Source: Eledone cirrhosa
Lineage: Eukaryota
Length of the DNA: 64,000 bases
Reading direction: 5' to 3'
Assembly: GCA_964016885.1 (NCBI GenBank)
Contig: OZ024746.1
Location: 64,294,001 to 64,358,000, forward strand
Both the position numbers and the translations under genes were made by a program. Positions 51,839 through 64,000 of this stretch are shown here, one piece after another. The stretch's first letter is position 1. The number at the start of each line of letters is the position of its first letter. The notes under the pieces are model-generated. The model ran no database searches, was not told the origin of the DNA, and saw only the letters and a list, made by a program, of their open reading frames with translations.

Positions 51839-53012
51839 AATGTAAATACAAATGATCTATTTTTTTATAATCGTCACATTCGTAACTAGAAACTCGGAGT
51901 AACGATTTGTGAAGTTTCATTTTCCAATAAAATATAAACATACAAACACACACACATATATATATATATACACACACACACTATTAAATAATAAAACATC
52001 CTCACACATTACAATGATAATGAAAGAGAGAAGAGAGAGAAGAGAGAGAAAGAGACAGACACAAAGAAAGATAGAGTGAGAGAGGGAGAAAGAGATATGA
52101 AGTGACACCTTTACCAAGTTGTAACAAGTTAAGTTAGTGAATCCTCCTCTCACTTGGTTGTTAACCAACACAAACCACAGCAACACTAAAACAGCAGCAA
52201 GCGTATTTATTATCATCAAAAACAGACACCAACTCCGACTAAACAACAGTCAAAGGAACGCTACTAAAAACACTAGTATATCAATCACACCAATAACAAC
52301 TACACACCTCCTTTCTTTATTGCAACTGCAATTACATTAACAAAAAAAAAACCCGACTACAAAAAAAATAGTTGTACCGAGGAGGAAAAGAAGAAGTAAG
52401 AAATTGACTAAACCCTCCACCAATTACAAAATAGTCACAGAAATACAAAATATAAAAATATAAAAAAGACGAGAGATATACGCACACAGGAAAAAAAAAC
52501 AAAAAAAAAACGAAATTTAGAATGGCTCACCACCACCACCACCACCAATTGCACCAATAACAACTCTAATATTACAATACAGCCAAAACATTTAACTCTA
52601 CCAACAACATTAACAAGCTGATATAATTAACACCAACCAGAACAACTAACTCCACCACAGGACATTACTCTCAACTTTTACTTTGATTACTTACCATTCA
52701 CTACAGTCAGATATTGTCATTTTATTTCATATTTTATTACTATCATTATTTCATCTGTTAAACAAGAACCAGGAACTATCGTCGTCGGCTGGATTGAGCG
52801 CCTTACTATCGACTGAAAGGATTATTATTATTGTTAATATTAATAGTAATATACACACAAACACACACGTACATAATATACATATCAATATATATATATA
52901 TATGTAATATATATATATATATATATATAAACATACTCATATATATCCCCCCCCCCCGTCAGATATGTGTTATGTATAGTCACGCATACACACATATATA
53001 TTAAGACCTCCG

Positions 53013-53059
<47 letters not shown>

Positions 53060-56000
53060 CATATACACTACAGTAAATATACAAGTCATTCACTTCCTTA
53101 CATACAAACGCATATATATATATATAATACATATATAACATACATAGATCCATACATACATAGATATATATGTTTTTATATTCATTCTATGTGTTAAACA
53201 TTGGAGACTATCTATGACGACGATGAACCGGCAGAAGGATGAAAAGGGGTAAGATATATATATATATATATATTATTAATATTTTGTTTTTTACAACTCA
53301 TGTTCATTTCAAATTGTTTTCTTTCTTGCAAAACTGCCCACAGAACGCAGTTTCATGTGCTACGTTTGGGGCGCACAGAATATATATATATATGTATATT
53401 ACACACGTATATATTCATGCATACATACTCTATCCCTCTCTCTCTAACAAACACACATATATATATATGCTCTATCACATATATACTCATACATGCATAT
53501 TTACAGACTCTATTATACACTCACTAATGCTTATATATACATACTCTACCACACACACTCATGCTCTTCACACACGCTTAATTTGGTGTTTATTACATGC
53601 ACACACCTTAACAGCCTGCTATTTCTATATATCCATGCACACGTAAAAAAACTATTGTAAACGGATCTCCGCCGGTTTCGATGATGAGTATTTCAGTTCG
53701 CTCTATCTACTCTAGTGAGTGAGTGTTGATTCATAGACTTTTCTTTTACCATTAACGTAAATCTTCAGGCAGAAAACAATTCCTATTTCAATTACAGGTG
53801 AAGTCCCTCCGACGATCCTCTACACACTTTCCGTCTATTCCCTTTTGCTCACAGAGTCGATGTGAAAATACGTAGTAGAATCGAAACGGGAATTGCATGA
53901 TTGCAAGCGAACTTCTTAACACTACCATCAATACACATGCGCTCATATATGCACATGGTGTATGAGTATTTATGCCCTTATCGAGCAGACTTATGGCCAA
54001 AGGGCTTCTGGTAACGGCTGTCCAGCATTATACAATGTGTTCTTTCATTTTTTTCAAGACCGTAGGAGTGTATTTGCGGAAATTCTGGCTGCTATTTCTT
54101 GTAGGTTGATTAAGCAGTGATAGGTTCTTTTAATGGTTTGGACGTGTTATGTGTAAAGCATGTATATGAAGCATGTGTTTTCGTCTTGTTTGAGGGGCGG
54201 AGAAGACGTTTATTAAAATAAACTGAATGAACTCACATATTACAAACATAGATAATAACACAATACCATATATAATGGAGGAGGGGTGTTATCGATTTAA
54301 TCGATATCAGAATTTCACTGGTACTTACTGTATCGACCACTAAAGGATGAAAGGCAACGTCGAATCGAATCGTCCGTCAAACATAATATAGCGAGTGAAC
54401 GTTGAGCAACTACATGGCCGCTCGGCGTGCTCGAAGTAGCAGCCAACTCGCACTCAAATCACATAAGGAAAGGTACATTTGCTAATATAGTGCTAAAAAT
54501 GTCTGAGAAAAAACAACAACAATAAAGGAATATACAAAGGTTATCAGCTGTTTTATGTGCAGAACTGCTGTATGTGTATATGTATGCATACACGTGTGTG
54601 TATTTATATATGTCTATATAGCGGTTTTCTGCATATGTAGGAACGCGAACATGAATTTCAAAGTCCCAACGCTTATTATTTAACATCAAAGGGAGAAGCA
54701 TTTAAAAAAAATCATCGTAAACTAATGCTGTTGAAGTATTTATTACTATATATTCTATGTAAATACAACGTATACAACACTGATGGGGGAGAGGTAGAAC
54801 ACATGGGTGGGGGCAACATTACTTTGCAGCTTCCAGGGGAGAGGGGATGTGGTGGTTATAACGGCTCGTCTCCCCAGCTTCATGGACTTTAGCGTACCAT
54901 TAGCTTCTGAAAACCCATTTCTATCATTGTGTCGAACATTACACAGACGGAAGCGCCTAAACACCTGAGATATATGTATTTCTTTGTTTTCTGTTATGAT
55001 CGTTATTACGAGCTTCACATTTCGGCGTCTCGTCTGCCCATTTCTGAATCTGGTCGTATGACCAATAAATGTGACATTTTCTTTACATATATGTTGTTTA
55101 CGGTGTCTTACTTTTTCAGGTGTGAAACCACGCTTGCTGACGTGGAGGTTTTTAAGGTATTGCACTTATTTGGCTTGTAGGATACGAGTTCAAATCCAAT
55201 GCAGGCACTTGTTTCATTTTGCATTGCTTCACTTCACCCAGTTGGGAATGTTAAATATGAAAGACGAGCGTCTTAGTTTTCTCACTAAGATTTCTCTTAT
55301 CTTATAATATTATGGAGCTTTTATCCGATGGCTTGACCCGCTATAAATAGCAGCCAAATATCTTCTAAATCACCCCTACTGTCTTAAACTATGTATGTAT
55401 GGGATAATGTAGTCTTATGTGCGGATGAATTTTAATTTCCGCCGTCAAAAAAAAAAAAATAAATAAAAAGAAAGTAAAAAGAAAAGTGAGACTAACTTGA
55501 AACGTCTCATTGATGTCACCGATCGTTCTCGGGGAAACATTGATAATCGCTATTTTCTAGGTTTAATCTATTTTTTTCTAATATGAAACCCAACCACTCA
55601 AGATATGTGTGCTAGTTAGAATCCACTGATTAATGATGGGGCGCAGAGTTTGTTTTCAGAGAACTATCGGTGATATCAGTAAAAACAACTCGAGTTACTT
55701 TCACTTTTTTTTTTTGCAGCGTAAAATAAGATTAAAACGTCTATACATTAATGCAAGAAACTAGAACGATAGTTATGATGGGGATCATAGGTTGCTTGAT
55801 CTGGGCTGACTTGGGGCTAAGCAACAATTACCATGAAACCGGAACTCAGCGCAGGCTAAAACTTAAAAAAAAGTTCTTTGCAAGTCATTTACATATTTAC
55901 TTCAGGGATTAGCTTTTTTCGATTTGAAGTATCTCGTTTGTCTACTCCTTGTCTCAAGACTATTTACGGTATCGTCTCACACCTCGTGTGTGAACACGCC

Positions 56001-56699
56001 TCAACTTGTCTTGCTGAGTTTCTTGAAAAGACACAAAAAGATACATCATGATATCAAAACCATATCCTCACTAACCAAAGCAGTTTTATGTCATGTCAGT
56101 AGGATGTGCAATATTCTTCCTGGTCATGATGGCAAGATTCCCAGAAAAATCTTTTCTTTAGTATTTAGTGAGCTGGGAGACACAAAAATTGAGAATTAGG
56201 TGGTGGACTAGCGGGGTAATCAGAGTATCGGAAAAGTATTGGTTGGATTCAGTTAACGTTTTCGTCCGATCTAACACCATCACCTGGCCCATGAGTAGCT
56301 TAAGTAGAGTCTACTCTGTAGAAAGCTCTCCGGTTTAAGGATACTTTCTTCCTTTCCTCCCACATGTCTCGAAAGACACCGAAAACATATCATATGCACA
56401 GCTTTTCCTCGTGATTAAATGGTGATAAAGAAAAGTTCAGGGTTCAAATTCTACCGAGGTTAACTTTGCATTACATCCTCACTAGTTTTAGAGAATAACG
56501 TACTAGTTGAGTAGTGGCAATCTATTTAATCTTCTTATAAAACATCCTAAATATGAATGAGTTTATAATAGAAAGGAGAGTATGAACGCGCCAATCAGGA
56601 ATTGGAAGTTCAATACCATTTGATTCTTACAACCATTTCATATCTCTTCACACAGACATATATTCTTATACATATCACTCTCGCACGCGCACAATTTTG

Positions 56700-57080
56700 A
56701 ATGAGGTTGACTTTACCTTTCATCCTTACGGGGTCGATAAAATAAAGTACCAGTAATGCACTGGGTAATTTATGGCCTTGTGCCTAAAGTAGAAACAATT
56801 ATTACTATTAAAAATTGTTATAGTCTCGCTGAGGTCAGCTTTGCTTTTCATCCTTCTGAGGTCGATAAAATAAACTACCAGTCACGAATTTGGGTTGATA
56901 TGATCGACTTTCTCCTCTCCCCAAATTGTTGACCTTGTGCCTAAATTAGAAATCATTATTCTGAGTTCAAATCCCGCCGAGGTTAACTTTGCCTTTCATC
57001 CTTACGGGGTCTATAAAATAAAGTACCAGTAATGTACTGAGAAATTGCTGGCCTTGTGCCAAAAATAGAAACAATTATTA
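56700..57080 (+). mobile_element. Three tandem MetaSINE 3' fragments
   Basis: Core motif recurs near 56712, 56840 and 56988. Confidence 0.8.
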
Positions 57081-57404
57081 GAAATGACTTACATTAAAAA
57101 AGCAACTCAGTTGTGTTTATCAGTATAATTAATGTGTTAAACATTATTTTCCACTTACATGGTGTTCTAAAAGGGTAAACTCTGACTAAATGGATAGAGT
57201 AATCCCCGGTTGTATTATCCATAAGGCTGACTAGGCCGTTGTGGGAGGAATGAGTTAAGTGCTAAATAGATAGTTTAATATGACCCGGGATAGTCAGCTT
57301 TCTGGTCGAAGAATCCCTGTTTCGTATCCCTTCACTTCAAACTACATTGAATTAGTTCAAATGAGCTTACAAAGCTGCGAGAAATATCAGCCAAACCTCC
57401 TTTA

Positions 57405-57590
57405 AATAATTGTTTCTACTTTAGGCACAAGGCCAGCAATTACCCAGCGCATTACTGGTACTTTATTTTATCGACCCCATAAGGATGAAAGGCAAAGTCA
57501 ACCTCGGCGGGATTTGAACTCAGATCGTAAAGGGACGTAACTATGCTGGAAAGCATGGCGTCCGACCCTCTACCGATACTGCCAATCCAC
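57405..57590 (-). mobile_element. Full-length MetaSINE
   Basis: Complete head, core and tail. Confidence 0.88.
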
Positions 57591-58873
57591 TTAAATAATG
57601 CCCTTCCATCTTTTAAAAAAAGGGTGCATTGGATGTCAACTTAGAGACATAATATATGACAAAAAACATGGGATGGTCACAATTTAACGAGCTCTAAGCA
57701 AGCAACCCTACGAGTAAAGTTAATCTGTTGCTCAACGCCAACAGTCAAAATTCCAATCTTTAATGGCTCATAGCTCAGTTTACTCAGCTGTAAAGAGGCC
57801 CTCACATGGAGGCAAATTGTAAGCCGTTCAAATTCTTGCATGCACACAACTTAGCGACTTGAAGTCTTGACTTATACTTTATATGAAGATAACATCTCCA
57901 GTGGTGGCAATCCAATGGCTCAATGAGTTTCAAGAATCTCATCATATAGCTAACACTGTTTTATAAATATACAACTCCTATGCATAATAACATTTTGTGA
58001 ATGTAAGTATACACGTTTTACACTGACTGTGTGTTTCAACTCCAGGTGTCAATATTTAGTTTCAAGCAGTACAACAATTTACCGTGTCACTCTGTGTTGT
58101 CTCTCAATGCTTCTCTATTATGAAACCATATATTTACATTATCTACGCTGTTGTATAAAAGAGAGAGAAGAGGCGAGCTAAAATAAACCTCGTCTTTTTA
58201 GTAAATATTGTTTTTTTTTTTTTATATAATCAACTCTCTCTCAAATAGTTATATTCCTCCGACAATCACGCCCTCCCATTTTATTTAGTTCTTCTCCCAG
58301 GTAATAATTGTTCTTCTCTCACCTCCGTAAATACTCTGTCTCTAGGAGCTCTCTCTATCTCTTCCTTCTAACTTTACTTCTCCCTCTCTGTCTGTCACTC
58401 CTCCCCCTCATGTTTTCTACCCATCACGGTAATTGGATCTGTTATCTAAGAATCGGTGGGCGTGTTAGTTAATGATGAGTTATTGCAGTCCGAATAATGG
58501 CCTTCATAAACTTTGTCTGTGTGGATGGTTGGTTAGTGAATTTATTTATATGGCTGTATGTCTGTATTCTAGACGATGTATATCAGTAATGTATTTGCCA
58601 GCTTGTACGTACGTATGTAAGCGAGCTTGTGTATTTATTTGTCTTCGGGACTGACTGGTTGGTTTAATTAGCTATTTATATAGCTGTCGGTCTCTGTCTG
58701 TCAGACGATACGTTTAAGGGGATGTGTGTGTTACCTGTAGCACTGACTGCTTTGTGTGTATAGCAATGTAATTACTATAATTCGAAGAGACTAGCGGTAG
58801 TCTGTGTTGGCAACAATCAATTCATTGAGAAGCAAAAGGTTTGCAATAAAATGAAATCTTTGACATTTCCGGC

Positions 58874-58908
58874 ATTCCCGATGAAAGACGCTGTCCGAAA
58901 CGTCAAAT
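58874..58908 (+). ncRNA. Degenerate minimal hammerhead (CCGATGA core)
   Basis: ATTC-CCGATGA-A-AGAC GCT GTCC-GAAA-CG-TC-AAAT; short inverted copy just upstream. Confidence 0.5.
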
Positions 58909-59048
58909 ATTTTTCATCCTCACAGCACACTAACAAACCTGTTAGCTTTTTACTCTGTTTCGTAGATTATGCACCTGGGGGTGTGTAAATTGATTTCTTT
59001 CAAACAATGTTATTTTTCTCTATACTTTGGAAAGAAATGTTTTATCTT

Positions 59049-59250
59049 GGGGTGGATTGGCAGTATCGGTAAAGGGTCGGACGCCATGCTTTGTAGCATA
59101 GAGTTACGGCCCTTTACGGTCTGAGTTCAAATCCCGCCGAGGTTAACTTTGCCTTTCATCCTTACAGGGTCGATAAAATAAAGTGCCTGTAATACCAGTA
59201 ATGCACAGAGATAATTGCTGGCCTTGTGCCAAAAGTAGAAACAATTATTA
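59049..59250 (+). mobile_element. Full-length MetaSINE
   Basis: GGTGGATTGGCAGTATCGG head through AGAAACAATTATTA tail. Confidence 0.88.
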
Positions 59251-62022
59251 ATGGAAGACACAAATGTTTGTTGAATTATTGGAAATTAGCAGTGGATAAT
59301 ATGAGGTTGACATGATTACTGGAAATTTATGTCATATGCATAAGAGTCTGAGATTATTAGTTGCTGACAGAAAGTGATTGAATATGAGAAAATCAGAAAT
59401 ACAAGCAGGTTTATGAAGGACAAAATTTAACGAGGTTGGGGACTGAAAGTGCACAATCAATATTATTGTTCTTGACATTTTCATGTCAGCTTCAATCACT
59501 ATCATATCGTTGAAATGTTGCCTCTTGGTGACTTTGCTATAAATATTTTCATTGAAATTGTTCTGATGAACTTTCCTTTTTGTATGATTCATCTTAACGA
59601 ATCATCCCTTTTCAGTTGAAGTTCTTTAATGTAATTGCAAATACTATTTTGATAGTTTCTTCCCTTTCACATCTCATCTATGGAATTCATTTCCAACTTG
59701 CTTTCCTGACCCCGACAATTTTCAAAAATTCAAAAGCAACATTAATTGTCATCTTCTCTCCTTGAATTATGTTCTCTCTGTTTTGTTCTTTCCCTTTCAG
59801 TAACTCCTTGCACTTTGGTGTCATTATTGCCTTTCTTGGAGTGAGAAAATTAAAACAAAAGTACAGCTGATGATAATATTTAGAATCCAGATAATTAGTT
59901 GCAAGTAATTCAATGAAATTGAGTTTAGCCATGAGATCTATATGTGACACTTTATCAAAAGCACTATTATTATCATGTGCACGAGGGGTTGATTTCATTG
60001 TTCGCCTTGTGCCTAAATCAGAAACCATTATCATGTGCCATAGTAGTGTATTCACTGTAGTATTCTAAACATTGATCAATTTATGAAATAATTCTCCACA
60101 TGATACTGTATGTCATGTAAAACCTAAATCATTAGTTTTTAAGTAGTTGTTTGAGGTTTTATATCTTGGAGATAAAGGTTGGTAGGAAGGCGAGATCAGA
60201 GATTGGAGCTTCAAAGGAAGATCACACGAAAGGGAGGGGGATGGTGATAAAGGGAAAGGATTCAGTAAATAGATTCATTGTAGCTTGATGTGAGAATGAA
60301 TGAGTTAATATCCAGAGTTCACATTTGAAGACTCCCTACTACTGAGTTCACCAATCATCAACTTTGCCATTGTGAGAGGTCATTCTAAGCATACATCATT
60401 AAGATACCAGACATTTAAATCTAAGTTAGATTCCGAACTAGTGATATCAGCTATATATCTAATGTGAATGGAGTAGGATTAATGGGGTCACTATTCTGAA
60501 TTCCCATGGTGTTGTATTTAAATATTTGTTTTCATTAAAATGTCAAAATGTAATTTTATCAATGGATGCAGAAATGGCTGAGTGGTTAAGAAGTTCACTT
60601 TTCAGTCATGAAGTCTTGAGCTCAATACCTGAGTCGACTCAGGCTGTGTGAGTGAAATTGGGTAGGTGTAAACTGTGGAAGCCTGTTAGGTGGGTCATTC
60701 TTGTGTCTTGTTAATTCAGTTTGAGAATTACCTGAAAAATTACGTGTCTTTTGAATACTCAGGCTCTTAAATGTTAATTTAATGGGTAATGTATTCAGTT
60801 AATTCAACAACTGAATGCTCATTGTGAAACTACTTTAAACATAAAAGCTAATTTTCATTTATTTGACTTCTTTTGCTAGTCAATTTTGTTAATATGAAAG
60901 ATAGAATATAAATATGAATACAGAAGAAAAAAAATGTGTATAAACACATTGATATGGTTTAATTGGATGTTTAAAAGTTATTACATTGACTTTTTCTTGT
61001 AAGATTTTGCTCTATTGCTTTAAGAACAAACTGTAATCAATGATATTTGGATGTGTTTTCGTCTGTATTTCTTTCTCTCCAAGAAATGTTCTGATGCAAT
61101 CTCTCTAAACTTGTCTTTTATTATCTCTCATATTTGATTTAATTTTTCCATGCTTCTTTCTATCTCCTATAATCCTGAGGGGGGGGGGGGGGGGGGAAAC
61201 AAATTCAAAATGTAACTGCAGGGAATGAATGTTGTTTAATAATATTCTGTTGCCAATTTCTTTGTTGGCTTCCAACAAAATTTAGATTAAGATTAAGGTA
61301 GCATAATAGTCTATACATTTATGATTGCCAAAATAGTAAAAAAAAAAAAAAAATCCAATAATTAAAACTAAGGATTCTCAGATACTTTGCTTCAAGAATT
61401 ACTTTCTATGTCTCTCTGATCCATTAGAATTTGGAGTTATCATTTTTGCAGTTTATAGGAATGAAAGATTATTAATCAGGCTTTATATAAAAGAATGTTT
61501 GGGTGGGGCGGGGTCAGAATATTATGTGTTATATCAGTATATTGACTATTTTGACTTCTTGTAAGGTGTTGTTTTTGTATTGTTCTTTTTTGTTGTAATG
61601 ATATACATAGTCATAACAGTCCCAAAGAAAACACACTCCATCCGCAGGCCAACAAAATCATCATCATGTTGACCTGTGGATAAAGTAAATCATCCAGTTA
61701 TACTCAGGATATTTGGCCACATTAAAAAGTATTTAAAAGTTAACTTCCATAGTAATGCCAGACAGCCTAGTGTCATGCACCAAAACAATGAAAATATTTT
61801 TGTTTTTTATAAAAAAATGTCTAGTCTTATTTGCCTACTAATATTGAAGTAGAACAAAAAACAAAACAAAAGCTGACACCATTCTCTTGAAAACAACAAC
61901 AAAACAAAAAACTATGAAGAATTTATAGCAACAGTTATAGAATATTGATATTTTTGTTTTCCCTCCTACCAGAAACATTCATTCTTTAAATTGTGACACA
62001 ATCAATTCAGCTTTGTCTTTAC

Positions 62023-62236
62023 TTGGTCCAATGTCTCTAAGCAGACACTTCAACTCTGTTTAGTTAATCAAGTGAGATGCTTTATGGTCTACTTTAGAGA
62101 AATCAATGTCTCTATCAGTATTATTTTGAACGCCATCTTCACGAAAGCCCCCATCGTTACGTTTGTTTATAGTGTTATTTTCTGATGAAGGAATTGGTAC
62201 AGGTGTTTTGTTATTAATGAAGTCCATTGTGTAGAT
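62023..62236 (-). other. Possible host (pseudo)exon
   Basis: TTGTAG acceptor, ATG at 62227, 55-aa frame MDFINNKTPVP..., GTAAAG donor; in-frame TAA at 62060-62062; no recognisable homology. Confidence 0.25.
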
Positions 62237-64000
62237 CTACAATTAAGATGTATTACACTCGACAGTTTTTCTTTCCCGAGAACAATAGCTTGTAATATTT
62301 GTGAATTAATAAGTCAGCAGAAGTCATTGACTGTTCAAGTAAACACTTTTGTCTTCTTACATTCTGAGTTCAAATCCAAACACTGTTAACTTTGCTTTTC
62401 ATCCTTCATTTTTAAAAAGAAATTGCTACCAATCAGGTATTTGGGTTAATCAAATCCTCTATGCTTTTCCCCACCCCAAATCTATTGACTTATGCCAAAG
62501 TTAAAATTATATTTGTGTAAGCACTGAGTTGGTGGAAGCATTATGCTTATTTAGTGCCTTCCTACTATGTCTTGAGTTAATATCCCATCAAGATTGGCTC
62601 TACTTTTTATTCCATTGGGTGTTGGTAATTACAGAAAAAGGTTCTATTATTGGGTTTCAGTTGGACAGACTACTCATCCTCTTCCTCATAATCAACAGTT
62701 GGCCTTGTGCCAAAGTAAGAAATCAATATTTGTGTGAATCAGAAGCAGCAGCCAGTGGAATGGTTCAATAGTTCAGGCCATATTATAGGAACTGCTAAAG
62801 ACAGTATTTTACATTTTTGAGGTGTGACATGTATAAGTTTCTTCACTTCTTAACTTGGTGACCTATTCATCAACCAATATATTATTTGGAGGTGAATTTT
62901 ATTTATTTATTTTAGCTTATTTGTGAGTAGAGAAATTGAATTAACCCCAGCTGAAGCAAAATTTGTTGTAGATAATTTAAATAGTGGCATCTATTTATTT
63001 ATTTATTTAGGAGCACTAATTTCTAAATAAATGAATCTAAATAACCCGTAAAGGCTTTCTTTAAAATGATTATATTTAAGTTAGTTGTTGAAGTTACTTT
63101 GTTTTTTTTTTTTTATAAAAAAAACAAAAAATATTGCATCATGAATTAGCAACAAGTTTAAATGCCCCAGAGGAATATAAAGGTAGAAAAGCAGTTTGAA
63201 GTATAATTATTGAGTGTCTGAAAAGGTATTTTATACTGCTCAACATATTTTTGATTTATATTTCATTGAATTCTTTTCCTTTTCATTTATAAATTATTGG
63301 CAGACAGGTGTAAATAGGACTGGAAAAGTAGAATATGAAGAAAGAGGGAGAGAAGTATGGGCTGGGTGGGGGAGAAAAAAAAAACTTTGGCAATTGGATT
63401 CAGCTCAAAAACTTTAACCACGGAAATGTTTAATAGTTTTTTTTTATTTTATGAGTTAGTTTTGGAAGCTAGAGCAATAACTGTATTTTTTTCTGGCTTT
63501 CCTAGACTGGAAGGATTAGGATAGTTAACTAAAATTAGAATGGTTTTATTGTTCAGTTGGTCTGGAAAGGAAATATTGGTATGATATACAAAAGTGAGGA
63601 GAGAGTAATTAGATGAAGAGAGGAAAGTGTGATAAGTACAGGGGACGCAGGCCTGGCTAGACCAGCCTAGAGGGAGGAGTTATGGGGGACCATTGGCATG
63701 GGCTTATGATTTTAAAAGGGCATGCCACCTTCAAGTTGTAGTTCCTTTTATTTGTTCTGTTATTTTTAAGTACATCATTTACATGTACATATTCATAACC
63801 CATACATAAATCAGTAATATAGAAACTATGTACTACAGTGGCTGCAACCTGATGTGTCACCCTCCCACATACCAGTAATTGGAACAGGTTGGTTGTTGTT
63901 TGGCTGAGAGGGCTGGGGTATACTTTTGAAAAATGTGTTTCAATTTAATTTATGGTTAATGCAGTACAGTTTTATGGGTAGGGTTGATTGCAAGATTATG

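Overview
AT-rich, microsatellite-saturated animal (eukaryotic) genomic DNA with no confidently identifiable host protein-coding gene; the repeat landscape is very like that of an octopus/coleoid cephalopod (inference). The window holds one apparently intact RTE-clade LINE (APE + RT + an internal C4HC3 PHD-like finger, 1039 aa) and four truncated relatives. It also has tRNA-derived MetaSINEs, a CORE-type SINE sharing the RTE 3' tail, CR1 and Penelope-like (PLE) remnants including a GIY-YIG fragment, MITEs and a possible LTR. The most striking feature is a dense set of minimal type I hammerhead ribozyme motifs from about 10 sequence-unrelated families. Several have non-canonical cores (U3-A8 covariation, U4C, U10.1/U11.1), almost all have palindromic stem III, and most sit in 100-700 bp inverted repeats next to (TA)n tracts. 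A candidate HDV-like ribozyme lies at the 5' end of a ~600 bp internally deleted RTE derivative. All structures were read by eye, so boundaries are approximate to a few bases and no activity is demonstrated.
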